Shown one piece after another: positions 11,513 through 22,905 of a stretch of 64,000 nt of DNA. The stretch is from an uncultured Planctomycetota bacterium (GTDB lineage: Bacteria; Planctomycetota; Planctomycetia; Gemmatales; Gemmataceae). Where the stretch lies: contig CAWKHF010000006.1 in assembly GCA_963849325.1 (NCBI GenBank), forward strand, positions 384,001 to 448,000. Direction: 5' to 3'. Position numbers and translations under genes: made by a program. The notes below the pieces were generated by a model. It saw only the letters and a program-made list of their open reading frames with translations, had not been told where the DNA came from and ran no database searches. The number at the start of each line of letters is the position of its first letter. The stretch's first letter is position 1.

Positions 11513-13012
11513 TCAAAAACCGTCCGGCCGGCACGCAAAGGCACGGTCGAGAACGAGCACATCCTGATCTGGCCAATGCTTGGCACGGACGACCTCCGGC
11601 CAGAAGCGGCGGTAGAGGACACGCAGACGCACACCGACCAGCGACGACGGGAACTCGTAGACGCTCTCATCGACCTGTCCCGGACTGAGGCGAGTGTCCG
11701 GCGGAGGATCGGGGGCGGCGAGCCAGAACGGCACCGGATGGTGGCCCTCGAAGTCCTGGAGAACGCGGGCATACAGTCGTCCCGGTTGGTCGGCCAGATC
11801 GGGACCGACCGGCGCCGGCAACCTCGGTCCCGAGCGCGGCGGCAGCGAACGACCATCCTCGCTTCGCCCCTCGACGATGAGAACCAGGTGCCGATCGACG
11901 AAGCCGGTCGGCAGGCGATGACCGACACCCTCGGTCCAGAGGCGCACCCGGGCCCGCACACCGTCCGCCTTGCGCTCGAAGAGCGCCGACGCCTTGATGG
12001 CGCGGCGCAGCATCGCCTCTCGGCTGCCATCGAAGAAGCGATGATTGGCGAGCGTGTGCGGGTCGCGCGCGATGCCGCCGTGGCCGGGGGCCATGTTGGT
12101 CATGCGGCCGGTCGGCTTCATGTGGCAATCCTGGCAGTGCTTGCCCTGGCGGCGGGCGGGACTGGCCTGCCATTCGGAGAACGTGCTGTAAACGTGGACG
12201 CCGAAGATGATACCTTCATGGCACGAGGCGCAGTAACGGCTGTCGCGGTACAGCGGCGAATAGGCGTCCTCGCCACGGTCCACGTCGTCGAGGGCACCGA
12301 AGAACAGCTGGCCCTCGGTCGGGCGCAGCAGCCGCAGGTTGAATCGGCCGTGCGTCAGTCCGATGGTTCCGTCGGCGACGTCGGCGATCTTGTGACAGTA
12401 ATCGCAGTGGACGCCACGAGCAGCGACGCCTCGGACTTTCCGGAGGTCGTAGTCTGTCGCCGTGGGAGCATGACAGGAGGCGCAGACGCCGGCGCCGTCG
12501 GGATACTGCGTGAGCAGGCCCCAGCTGACGCCCGGATGGCCGTGCCTGTCGGTGCCTTCGTAGAGGTTGCGGAAGTGTTGCCCCGTGACCGAGTGGGCGT
12601 GGCCGCTGTGCGACCATTCGCGGTAAATTTCGGCATGGCAGTTGGCGCAGTTGTGGACCTCGGCCGTGTTCGGCGCGGGATCGACCCATTCATAATCCGC
12701 GTTATCTTCGGACGGCAAACGAGTCAGGCGGATCGACAGCGGCGATTTCGTGCGTTCGACGCCGCCGATGAAGTACCCTTCTTTCCACGCCGTCAAGCGT
12801 CGCCCTGGTGATGGACGCGGCAAATGGAAGCGGCCGCCGACATCGGTGTGAGTGCTGGCCGCGGAACCCTTGAAGCGCACGCGCACGGTGGCGAGCGGGC
12901 CGTCCTCATCGAGGACCCGCCCCTCGACGCCGGTCGGTCCCGCAGGCAGCAGGGTCAACCCGGCGAGCAGAGCGAGCAGCAGCCCCAGCGTCAATCCCGG
13001 TGACAAGCGCAC
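11513..13012 (-). CDS. Secreted multiheme c-type cytochrome (c554/c-prime-like) with carboxypeptidase-regulatory-like N-terminal domain
   Basis: Five CxxCH motifs (CANCH, CASCH, CDYCH, CASCH, CQDCH); signal peptide after GTG at 13012; GHRLPTG motif. Confidence 0.88.
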   Translation of the reverse strand: MRLSPGLTLGLLLALLAGLTLLPAGPTGVEGRVLDEDGPLATVRVRFKGSAASTHTDVGGRFHLPRPSPGRRLTAWKEGYFIGGVERTKSPLSIRLTRLPSEDNADYEWVDPAPNTAEVHNCANCHAEIYREWSHSGHAHSVTGQHFRNLYEGTDRHGHPGVSWGLLTQYPDGAGVCASCHAPTATDYDLRKVRGVAARGVHCDYCHKIADVADGTIGLTHGRFNLRLLRPTEGQLFFGALDDVDRGEDAYSPLYRDSRYCASCHEGIIFGVHVYSTFSEWQASPARRQGKHCQDCHMKPTGRMTNMAPGHGGIARDPHTLANHRFFDGSREAMLRRAIKASALFERKADGVRARVRLWTEGVGHRLPTGFVDRHLVLIVEGRSEDGRSLPPRSGPRLPAPVGPDLADQPGRLYARVLQDFEGHHPVPFWLAAPDPPPDTRLSPGQVDESVYEFPSSLVGVRLRVLYRRFWPEVVRAKHWPDQDVLVLDRAFACRPDGF

Positions 13013-13032
13013 ATCAGCTTTCCACGAAAGGT

Positions 13033-14027
13033 TCAGCGTCGAGAAGACTTGCGGCGCCGCGGCTTGGGCGACGCCGGCAGCAGTTCCTCCCAGGAACGCA
13101 CTTGCCCTAAACGCAACAGAAGCTGCTCCAGCTGTTCCAGGTCTTGCATTTCCTCCACCCGAGCCTGAAGATCGGCAGGCGCGGGCGTCTGCAAATGCCT
13201 CTGCCCCAGTTGCAGCAGCATCTTGCGCGCTTCTTGCAACGCGCCTTCCGCGCGTCCCGCGGCAAGTCCTTTCCGAATGATGGCCTGATACGTCGTGGAT
13301 TCTTCCATATCGAGGACTCTTTGTAATAACTGCTCCACCAGAACATCTTGATAGCGCAGACCCATGAGCACGTACACCGCCGTCCACCAGCGCCCCAGCC
13401 GGCCTCGGTCGCGCATCCGCGCCACGCGCCGTCTCATCTCGCGCACCACTCCCGGCAGCTCCGCTTCGCTCACGGCGCTGACCGGCGCCAGGGCCAATCG
13501 TCCCAGGCCGCCCGCCAAGAGCGACTGAACCGGAAGTTCCCAAACACGAATCACCTGATAAGAGGCCCTAACAAAATGTGGCAACACGTTTTCAACGTGT
13601 TGGATTGTACGGCACGTTACAAACGTGCCGCCACATTCGGTTCGTGCCTCTAACGAAAGATTCGGTAGGGTTGGGATGCTTGCGGGACCTGTCGCTGATA
13701 TGTGCCGGTCAGCACACCCAGGTTAGCCTGCGGCCGCAGCAGCACCACTACGCTGGCCACCGGCAAGTCATGCCGATCTTCCAGCGCCGCATTATACACG
13801 TTGACGCGCCGAGGCAGCGAGGCGTCCGGCCCCGCTTGGAACTCGAAGTGCATCAGCGACGGCGGCGGCCCGTGCAGACGCAGCACCTTGTCGGCCGCGC
13901 CGCTGATCGTGGCAATGTCGGCGTCGATGACTTCGACCTGGGGATCGGATATGCCGGCCAGAATGGGCCAGTCCTCCGGCGCATCTTCCAGCAGCGCTTT
14001 CAGCGTGACGTCGAATTTCTTCTCCAC
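13033..14027 (-). pseudogene. Rpn-family / DUF4351-like putative nuclease gene disrupted by an 89-bp insertion
   Basis: FDVTLKALLE, ADKVLRL..LMHFEFQ, YQVIRVWE, MEESTTYQAII; removing 13562-13653 restores ...YRIFR-YQVIRVW in one frame. Confidence 0.85.
13562..13650. mobile_element. 89-bp MITE/REPIN with imperfect TIRs (17/21 match) and a TAA target duplication
   Basis: Ends GAGGCCCTAACAAAATGTGGC and (reverse complement) GAGGCACGAACCGAATGTGGC; TAA at 13559-61 and 13651-53; two internal hairpins. Confidence 0.88.
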
Positions 14028-14165
14028 CGCGCGTCTCCCGCCGCCCGCGTCGATCTTGGTGACAATTGCATGTCAGTGTTCCGCGCCTGGACAAGCCTGG
14101 AGCGTTCGCGACGAGTTGCGCCAACCCGTCGCTGGCAGGCTGTCCAGTGTAACAAATCGCGGCGC

Positions 14166-15832
14166 TCAGCGATGGCGATTCGCGTCCAGCATCAGCGGCG
14201 CCAGCGCCAGCCGCGTCAACGGCAAGAACAGCGCGATGCCAAGCACGAGGGCCGCTACGGACGTTCGTCCCTCCGGAAGCAGCACGTACAGTACGCCGAA
14301 CGACCCGCTGGCGAGGAGGAGCCACGCCGCCAGTGCTCCCCAAAGGACGCGCCGCGGCAAGATGTCTCGCCGTTTCAGAGCGCGGAGGGAGCACACGGCC
14401 GCCACGCTTTTCAGACCGGCGACTCCGCCCGCCAGCCACGGCAGAACTTCGGTGACGGTCGGCCAGTATCGAGGAGTAATCATCAACCACACGCTGAAAG
14501 CGAGCAAGGCGGTGAGACCGAAGGAGTTGAGGAGCGAGCCGGCCATCATCCACGTGCTCCGGACCATTCCCAGCCATAATGCCTGGAGCATTTGCAACCA
14601 CGTCAACACGACGGCGCCGACGACGAGCAGAGCCAGGCCGCACCAGGACGGGCCGGAGGGGTGACGCTGGCGCAGGGCGTCGAACAACGCCGTCAGCTCG
14701 GCGGCCTTGCCGTCCATCAGGGACCAGGCGAACACCACAAGCAGGAGTATGCCCCAAACAGCCAGCGTGCTCAGGGCAGCCGTTTCGAACTTGCGCGAAT
14801 CGAACAGCGCGGTGGCGACCGGCCGTGACGCCGCGAACGACGACAGCGATGTCGTCGAATGTCGCCCCGGCAACCGGCCAATGTCCCCTCCACAACCCGC
14901 TGAAAGCACGAGGACCAGATACGGCAAGCTCGCAAGGGGCAGCCATACACCGCCAACCTCAGCGGGAAGGCTCGGCGGAACGAGGCGGGCCCCATTCCGA
15001 GCCGCCTCGTTGAGGCAATGGGCGATCAGCAGCCAGGGCAGGGAGAAGCCGGCGACGAGGATGGGGAAGAGATGCCCCTTGCGTCGCCACTCGAACCAGA
15101 GTTGCGCCGCGCCGGCGACACGAATGGCCGGTCAACGGTCGTCGCGGAGGTCCAGCGCAGCCACGTCCGCCAACCCGGCCAGGCCCAGGTCGGCCCACCT
15201 CCGCGACGAGCGCGGGCGACGCCGTAGACGGCGGTCAGGTACGCAAGCGGCAACTGGATGGCGAGCGCGGCGCCACCGAGCGCTGTGCCGGGGTCGAACT
15301 CCGCGCGAAGCAATTGCGGCCCAATGACGGCGGCGACAAGCAGCGGACCAATAACGAATAGTCGTAGGCCCGGCAGCGGAAAGGGCAACCAGACGATGGC
15401 CTGCAACCAGGCCAGGGCGACGGCCAACGTCAAGGCCCCCCACCACGTGACGAACCCGAGTTCCACTCCGCCCATCCGCAGCACGCCGCAGGACAGCGTC
15501 AACCAGGCCAACGCTGGCACCGACGTTGTCCATAGCATCGGCCAGCCAGCCAGCGACCACGTCGGCAGCGGTAACGTCATCAGCCGCGAAGGGAACCCGG
15601 ACGCACCAACCTCCAGCCGTGCATCCCGGCCGACCAAAAAGACGATCACCAGGTAGCCGAAGACCACCGGGCACGGCCACACGAGCAGGAACGGGAAGTG
15701 TACAAAATGAGGGGACGTGATCGCCCACGCAGAGGCCAGGACCAATAGCAACAGCCAGTAGCCGGCGCAGAGCGTCAAACCGAGACGATGGCGCGTCCAG
15801 ACCTGCCAGCCAAATGCCAGAGAAGGAGACAT
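14166..15832 (-). CDS. ABC transporter permease-like polytopic membrane protein (frameshifted)
   Basis: Many TM segments over two or three frames; directly follows the ABC ATPase. Confidence 0.7.
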
Positions 15833-15835
15833 GAA

Positions 15836-16756
15836 TTACTCCGTTACGTCGGCCGCGGCAGGCCGGCCCATGCGGGCGACGAAGATTTCATCCAGGCCGA
15901 CGCCGTGCTCCTCGACGACGCGAGCGCCGCAGGCGGACACGGCCTCTTGCCAGGCGCTGGACGGACCGTGCCACACGGCCGTCCATTCGTGGCCGGCCCC
16001 TTCCCAGCTCAGCGCCCCGGACAACGCCGGCGGTTGCGCGAGCGGTTCCGCGAAACGCAGCGTCACTCGGCGATGATTGGCCTGAATCTCATCCATCCCC
16101 GCCGACAGCACGATACGGCCGTCGTCGATCATGGCCACGCGATCGACCACGCGCTCCATCTCGTCGAGCAGGTGCGAGGAGAACAGCACCGTCCGCCCCT
16201 CGTCGGCGACGGTGCGAATGATGGCGCCGAGAATGTCGCGCCGCACGAGCGGGTCCAGTCCCGACGACGGTTCGTCCAGGACCAGCAGCTCCGGCCGATA
16301 CGCCAGGGCGACGAGCAGCCCCGCTCGGGCCTGCTGGCCCTTCGACAGCTCGCCGATGCGCGACGACAGATCGAGGCCGAACTGATGTCGCAGCTCCTCC
16401 GCGTAGTCGTCGCGCCAGGCCGGATAAAAGGCCCGCGTGTAGCGGATCAGTTCGGCCACGGTCATCCACGACGGCAGATCGTTCTCTTCGGAGAGATAAC
16501 CGATCCGCGACAGGATGCCGACCGGATCGGCCACCGGGTCGCGTCCGAAGACACGCACGCGGCCGGTCTCGGCCCGCAGCAGGCCCAGGACGTGCTTGAT
16601 GAGCGTCGTTTTGCCCGAGCCGTTGACGCCGACCAGTCCGAAGACGCAGCCGCGCGGCACGCTCAGGACCACGTCGTCCAGGGCGACCTTGGCACCGAAG
16701 CGCCGCGTCACGCCCTGGATGTCGATGACGGTCGGCGCGGGACTCGTGGCGATCAT
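15836..16756 (-). CDS. ABC transporter ATP-binding protein (YtrB-like)
   Basis: GVNGSGKTT Walker A, LSKGQ signature, LLVLDEP Walker B, SSH; GGAGGAG RBS. Confidence 0.92.
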   Translation of the reverse strand: MIATSPAPTVIDIQGVTRRFGAKVALDDVVLSVPRGCVFGLVGVNGSGKTTLIKHVLGLLRAETGRVRVFGRDPVADPVGILSRIGYLSEENDLPSWMTVAELIRYTRAFYPAWRDDYAEELRHQFGLDLSSRIGELSKGQQARAGLLVALAYRPELLVLDEPSSGLDPLVRRDILGAIIRTVADEGRTVLFSSHLLDEMERVVDRVAMIDDGRIVLSAGMDEIQANHRRVTLRFAEPLAQPPALSGALSWEGAGHEWTAVWHGPSSAWQEAVSACGARVVEEHGVGLDEIFVARMGRPAAADVTE

Positions 16757-16761
16757 TGGCG

Positions 16762-17158
16762 TCACTCCTCCGAAGGACGTTCCGCGCAGCGCCTTGTCGC
16801 GCTGGCGAAGCAGGTCGATGATTTCGTCGGTGCCGACGTCGAGCTGGCGCGCTTCGACGAGCAGGGCGTCGATGCGTTCGGTCACGATTTTGAGACGTTC
16901 GCGGCGAGCCAAGGGCGAGCCGGCGTCGGAGACATAGGTCCCCGTCGTGCTCCGCTTGGTGACAACGCCGGCCGTCTCCAGTTCGCGGTAAGCCCGCGCC
17001 ACCGTATTGGGGTTGATGACCAGCTGCTCGGCCAGGGCGCGGATCGGCGGCAGCTCCTCGCCGGCTTGCAGTCGGCCCGAGGCCACCAGGTATTTGACCT
17101 GGTTGACGATCTGCAAGTAGGTCGGCACGCCGTTCTGGCGGCTAAGATGGATCTGCAC
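16762..17158 (-). CDS. GntR-family (YtrA-type) transcriptional regulator
   Basis: PTYLQIVNQVK...LPPIRALAEQLVINPNTVARAYRELE; the apparent fusion to the ATPase is probably an indel. Confidence 0.9.
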
Positions 17159-17198
17159 GACGATTCTCCCCGAGCCGGCGACGGACTCGATGAACCAC

Positions 17199-17237
17199 TG
17201 TATGAATACAGTAATACAAAGGAGAGGGAAATGTCAA
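17199..17237 (-). promoter_or_regulatory. Sigma70 promoter overlapped by a YtrA-type operator
   Basis: TTGACA-18 bp-TACTGT on the minus strand; palindrome TGTATGAATACAGTAATACA at 17199-17218. Confidence 0.75.
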
Positions 17238-17315
17238 GCCCGGATTTGCCCCCAAGCTAAAGTCCATGCCATTCTTTCCTGATACCTTTTCGCCTTTTCC
17301 TCTCTTTTCTCCTCC

Positions 17316-17662
17316 TACTCTTCGTGTTCGGCCCGACGGTTCGCTGGCGCAGCAAGCAGCGCTATTACCATCTGCACGTCCCGGACACGGCGGACGACAG
17401 CGGCGCCGACGGCATGCGCGTGGACCGCGACGGCCGGCCCTACGTGGCGACGCGCCTGGGCATCCAGGTATGCGATCAGGCCGGACGGGTCAACGCCATC
17501 CTGCCCACGCCCAACGGCAAAGTGTCGAACTTCTGATTCGGCGGCGCCGACTTCGATGTGTTGTTCGCCACCTGCGGCGACCGCGTTTTCACGCGCAAGT
17601 TGAAGGTCCGAGGCGCCCACGCCTTCCAGGAGCCGCACAAGCCCGCCGCGCCTCATCTGTGA
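17316..17662 (+). pseudogene. SMP-30/gluconolactonase C-terminal remnant
   Basis: ADGMRVDRDGRPYVATRLGIQVCDQAGRV..SNF*FGG..LFATCGD; no 5' part; in-frame TGA at 17534. Confidence 0.8.
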
Positions 17663-17767
17663 CGATGCAGGGTGGTCTCCGGATTCATGCTTGCCATTTG
17701 CCTTTCGCCGACTTACCGGGTAGTTTTATGTCTGTCCGACGACCGTCCGGTTGACGCGGAGGAGCGC

Positions 17768-18912
17768 ATGGCGATGTCGATGTCCGCCGAAGTCCGCGAC
17801 CTGCTGACCCTTACTCTGGTGCCGGGCATCGGCCCGCGCCTGAGCGCCGCCCTGCGCGAGCGTTTCGGCTCGGCCGGCGCTGCCCTGCGCCGAGCGCCGC
17901 CGAGTTGTCTTCCGTGCCCTACGTCACATCGCGTCTGGCGGAGAACATCCAGCAGGCGCGACTGCGCGACAATGCCGCGGCGGAACGGGAGCGCATGGAA
18001 CGTCACGGCGTCCGCCTGGTCGCGCTGGGTACGCCGGAGTATCCGCCGGCGCTGGCGAACATCGGCGATCCGCCGCCGTTGCTCTACGTCCGCGGTACGC
18101 TGACGGCGGCCGACGCCAACGCGGTCGCGCTGGTCGGCTCGCGCCATGGCACGGACTACGGCCGACGCGTCGCGGCTCGTCTGTCGGCTGGCCTGGTCCG
18201 AGCCAGTGTCACGGTCGTGAGCGGACTCGCGCGTGGCATCGACGGCGTCGCCCATCGGGCGGCGCTGGAGGCGGGCGGGCGCACGCTCGCCGTGCTGGCC
18301 GGCGGCCTGTCGCGCATCTATCCACCCGAACACACCGACCTGGCCCGTGAGGTCGAGGCATCCGGGGCCGTGCTGACCGAGGCGAGCATGGAGCAGGGAC
18401 CGCTGGCCGGCCTGTTTCCCGTCCGCAACCGCATCATCAGTGGGCTATCGAAAATCGTTGTGCTGGTCGAGGCGGCGGCAAAAAGTGGAGCGCTCATCAC
18501 CGCCAGCCACGCCGCCGACCAGGGACGCACCGTCATGGCCGTGCCTGGCCTGGTCGAGTCGGCGTCCAGTGGCGGCTGCCACGAGCTGATTCGCAAGGGT
18601 GCCGTGCTGTGCCGCGGTGTCGAGGACATTCTCGAAGAGCTGCACGGCGTCTCGGCGATGGCCGTGGCGGAGAAGAAGGCCGCGCCCGCCGCGCCGGCGG
18701 CCCCGTCCGGTCCACCGCCGGGGCTGGACGACGGCCAGCGGCGCATCTGGGAGATGCTGACGGAGGCGTGTCACCTGGATCAACTGGTGCAGCGTCTGGG
18801 GCTGGCGGTGCCGCAGGTCTCGGGAGCCCTGATGATGCTGGAAATGCGAAAGGTCGTGCGGCGACTGCCCGGCAATCGCTACGAACGCTGCGGAGCGGCT
18901 CACCAGCGATAG
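17768..18912 (+). CDS. dprA: DNA-processing protein DprA (frameshifted)
   Basis: YPPALANIGDPPPLLYVRG, VSGLARGIDG, FPVRNRIISGLS, SGALITA. Confidence 0.93.
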
Positions 18913-20706
18913 CTGTACATGAAATACAGGGAATCCGGCGAGCCCATCGGTCCCGTTTTGCGGAGAAAGTCGCCCTGGTAAAGATGGGAATACTGCACGA
19001 ACACGTTTTGGTGAAAGTCGATCGTGAAGTTGGCGACGGCGGTGAGGACTTCGCCGACGTCCGAGCCGGCTCGGCCGGTGATGTCCTGACGGATGGCCGT
19101 GCCGGCGGCGTTGTACAGGGCGTCCTTGGGACTGTCCAGCCGAAGGACGTGGTACTGCACGAACGTCGTCAGCCATCGGGTCGGGAAGAAGGAGATCTCG
19201 GTGTGGATGTCGTTGATGTTTTGCCGGCCCACCAGGTCGGTCATGCCGAAGTAGTAATGGCCAAACGGGAACAGTTGGTTGAAGGTGCGGTGAACGCTGT
19301 CGGTGCCGGGATTGGGATCGCCGGAAGCGTAGTCGTAGTAAACCCATAGCGTCGGCACGGTTGGCACCTTGGCGAAGTGATAGCCGCCGCCCATCGTGTA
19401 CGCCTTGGCCAGGATGCCCTGGTTGGAGTAACTGCCGAACTGGAGCATCCCCTCGGTGTCCCACAGCCAGCCGTTGCGGTCGCCGTACCAGCGGCTGCCG
19501 AGCGTGCTCAGGTTCAGCGCTCCCTTGACGCCGTACTGGCCGCTGTAAAGGTGGCTCACGTCGTCCAAATTCAGATAATACAGGTCTACTATTTCTCCCC
19601 TGACCGGCCGATACGTTCCCCACACGCCGGTGAATAACTGCTCGTAGTTGACCGAGGCGAAACTGTTGGCGCTGGGCACGACCGGCTGCACCATGAAGGC
19701 GTCGAGGCTGAGCTTTTCGCTCTGCCAGAACACCTTGCCGCCCTGGAAGGTGCGGCGCGTGTTGACCCATTCCAACGGCGAGATGAGGCGCTGCGAACCG
19801 TACAGCAGCTCCTGCCGGCCGCCGCGAAAGTACACGGGTTGTTCGCGGACGGTCCAGACCTTGACGTCGGCGAACAGGTTCAGGAAGTTGGGGTTGTACT
19901 GATCGGTGGCCGTCGGCGGAAGATCCTGGTTGAACGACTGGGCGTTGATGAATTCGCCGTAGACGCGGAAGAGGTCGCGATACCACAGGTCGCCCCAAAC
20001 TGCGCGTGCGCGTCAGCTCGTAGACGTTGTCCTTGCCCGACGCCCGGCTGTCCACCTCGTCGTTGTAGCGGTAGCGGAACTCGCCGCCGGTGGTGAACAT
20101 CATGTTGTCATCGAAGAAGTGGATGCGCTTGAGGAAGTCGAACGGATCGCGGTCGGGATTGCTGGGATTATCCAGGTAACGCCAATCGGTGTTGTAGAAC
20201 GAGAACATCATGATGCCGAAGCGCGGATAGGGATAGCGCGGCGGCTGCTGCCGGCGAATACCCCACAGCGCGTCTCGGAGCGAGTAGTAGCCGGCGTCGT
20301 TGGGCGGGACGACGGTGTTGCCCGGCGGCGGGAACGGCTGGACGTTGGGTACACGCGACCACCACGAGGTAACGTCCAGGCCGGTCGGCGCGGCCTCACC
20401 GGGGCCGCCGATGCTGGGGGCTTCTTCCTCGGGTGCCGGCCGTCCTTCCGTGCTGGAGGGTGCGGCATCGGGCGTTCGCGTTTCCAGGAACGCCGACGGC
20501 GGGCCGCCGATGCTGGGGGCCTCGGTGTCCGGCGCTCCCTGCTGGCTTCGCGACACCGGAACGACGTGAGGCGAAGCGGTGGTCTTCTCTGCCGAGGGCT
20601 TGGCAGGGACATCCTGTGCGCGGACGAAATCACCAGTCCCCAGAACCAAGACAGCGGCCAGGGCCACCACGCGGCATGACACCATCGCCTCACGAACGGA
20701 TGGCAT
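18900..20706 (-). CDS. Alginate-export-family outer-membrane beta-barrel (frameshifted)
   Basis: Signal peptide; GRQELLYGSQRLISPLEWVNTRRTF, YDYASGD, TFNQLFPFGHYY; C-terminal aromatic YSYRW. Confidence 0.85.
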
Positions 20707-21125
20707 GGCTCTCCTCTACCTGAGTCCTTCTCGCCTCCGGGTGAACGCCGCGCCGTCGGGAGAGCGGCTGGCTGGCTCACTCTCTTCTTCGGCCGCCCAA
20801 GTCGATTAATTCAGGAGAATCCGAACAATCGGCACAACAGGTGAAGCTTACCTCTCGGACCTTCTCCAGCCAGTCAACGCGGTTCGCCCTCGGGAAGTGA
20901 TCTTTTGTCCATGAATTGGACGAGGGAGTCGGGCTAAAAAGTCGCGGAACTTTTTTGCATATTTCATTGTCTTCTCATCAAGGGGAAGTTAGGATAGCGG
21001 GGTTAGAAGGACGCGATCTCGACCGGATCGCGCCGTGCCGGTTCGTATCCTCCCGCCAAGACCGACTCGTTTTTCCGAACCGGCCCGCCTGGATGACTTT
21101 TTTGTTTCCTTCCTCAGGTGCCGCC

Positions 21126-21764
21126 ATGTACGCTCGGCTTACCGTCTGCGCCGCGCCGCCTTCACGTTGATTGAGTTGCTCGTCGTCATCGCCATCATCG
21201 CCGTCCTGGTCGGCCTGCTCTTGCCCGCCGTGCAGAAAGGTGCGCGATCGCGCCGCCAAGATCCAGTGCGCCAGCAACCTGCACAACATCGGCCTCGCCA
21301 TCACCATGTATACCGATACCTATACCTACTTCCCCGATGCCGCCGACACGCCCACGGTTGCGACGGTCCCGGCCAACAAGGGAGCCTTGAATACGCTCAT
21401 TGGTCCCTTCTGCGAGAACAATCAAAAAGTCTTCATCTGTCCCGTCGATCAGTTCCGTTATCAGAAGCCGATCGGCACGCCGTGGAATAACACGGGTGTA
21501 CTGACGATGTGGTATGGTGCCCCTCCTCCTTCGGTCTCCTCGCAGGGACTCAGCTACGAGTACGGCCGCAACGCTCGGATCGTCAGCGGTCGTTGGACCA
21601 ATGGCAATCAGTCCGGACTGTGGAACTCGACTTACGCGCAGCTGGAAGGCGCCGGCCGGGGCGCCAGCAACGTCCTCATGGTCTACGACTTCGATCCGGT
21701 TCACGGCATGCCGTTCAGCGGCGTGGATCGCAACTACCTCTACGCCGACGGCCATCTGGAATGA
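21126..21764 (+). CDS. DUF1559 prepilin-type N-terminal cleavage/methylation protein (frameshifted)
   Basis: [32 protein letters not shown]-terminal H...NYLYADGH. Confidence 0.88.
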
Positions 21765-21798
21765 TCGTGTCCTCCTCTCGTTTTTCCAGGAGTGTGTC

Positions 21799-22761
21799 AT
21801 GAGTCTCCAGCCCGAACCTTCGCAGGACGAAACCAGGACCGCGCAACGACAGTTGTATCGTGCCGGACAAACGCCGGCGGTCCCCAAACCGGCGCTGCCG
21901 GGCGCCTCGTCGATCACGACGAAACCCTCGTCGTCCGCGCCGAAAACGCCCGCGTCCAAGCCGAAAACTTCTCCTGGGACGAAGGACGGCAAACGCCCCC
22001 TCTGGAAGCGCCTTCTCCTCGCTCTGTTGGTGCTTCTGGCCCTTCTGGGCATGGGCAGCCTCTCCTACTGCATCTTCCTTCCCGATCCGGTTGAAGAGGC
22101 GAAGCGGGAACTGGCTGCTCTGCGGGAGGACAAAACATTGACTCGGGAGCAGCAACGGGAAAAGTTTGGGCAGATCTGGTCCAGCCTGACGGAAAAGCAG
22201 AAGAACGACATGTTCCAGGATCGGCGGGTCAAGGAGCGCGAGCGCGTCAGTGCCTTCGCCAAGCTGTCCAAGGAAGAGCAGATTGCTCAGTTGAAAAAGG
22301 AAATCCTCAAGGAGGAGGCCGACCGAGCGCGCTGGCAGGCGCAGCGGGCCCAGCGTGCCGCCAACGGGGGTGGCGGTGGTTCCGGTCGAGGGGGTAGGGG
22401 CGGTGCCGGTGCGGGCGGTCGCGGTGGTTCCGGCGGCGGTGGTCCCGGTGGCGGCGGTGCCGGTGCGGGCGGTCGCGGTGGTCCCGGCGGCGGTGGTCCC
22501 GGCGGCGGTCCCGGTGCGGGCGGTCCGGGCGGGGGCGGTCCCGGCAGGAACAGTAGTATTGACCATGCCCGATCGAAGAATAGCCTCGATAGGTCGGACC
22601 CCGAAATGCGGGCGCAGTCGAGTTACATGCGTGGATTGAAGGGCGAGGTACGTCAGCAGATGGGTCTACCCCCGGGCGGCGGACGTGGTTTTGGTGGCGG
22701 CTTCGGCGGCCCCCCTGGCGGCGGCGGCCCTCCCGGCGGCGGCCGTGGCCGGGTGCCCTGA
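21799..22761 (+). CDS. Membrane-anchored protein with Gly/Arg-rich low-complexity tail
   Basis: AGGAG RBS; single TM helix; coiled region; GGPGGG and RGG repeats. Confidence 0.7.
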   Translation: MSLQPEPSQDETRTAQRQLYRAGQTPAVPKPALPGASSITTKPSSSAPKTPASKPKTSPGTKDGKRPLWKRLLLALLVLLALLGMGSLSYCIFLPDPVEEAKRELAALREDKTLTREQQREKFGQIWSSLTEKQKNDMFQDRRVKERERVSAFAKLSKEEQIAQLKKEILKEEADRARWQAQRAQRAANGGGGGSGRGGRGGAGAGGRGGSGGGGPGGGGAGAGGRGGPGGGGPGGGPGAGGPGGGGPGRNSSIDHARSKNSLDRSDPEMRAQSSYMRGLKGEVRQQMGLPPGGGRGFGGGFGGPPGGGGPPGGGRGRVP

Positions 22762-22783
22762 GCGCATTCCGACGGACGGTAGC

Positions 22784-22872
22784 CGAAATCCGAACGAAAC
22801 TCTTGGTGACGCGCACGTCCCGGCCTACATTGCCAGGACGAGCCGTGAGTGCCGGGTTTCGTTCGGATTTCG
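22784..22872. repeat. Intergenic long hairpin (REPIN-like)
   Basis: 17-bp perfect inverted repeat CGAAATCCGAACGAAAC/GTTTCGTTCGGATTTCG with an inner stem; GTAG just upstream. Confidence 0.65.
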
Positions 22873-22905
22873 CGTTTACGCCCAAGACCGTGTGGGGAAC
22901 GATCC

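Noticed and set aside
15836-17158. Apparent GntR-ABC ATPase fusion (440 aa)
   Set aside because: An internal GGAGGAG RBS, an out-of-frame TGA and an ATG at 16756 match the normal two-gene YtrA/YtrB layout; an indel is the likely cause.
22370-22545. GC-rich tandem repeats
   Set aside because: These are coding Gly/Pro/Arg low-complexity sequence.
22784-22872. Hairpin containing TCCGAAC/GTTCGGA as an attC site
   Set aside because: Spacing and L boxes do not fit attC, and the flanking genes are not cassette-like.
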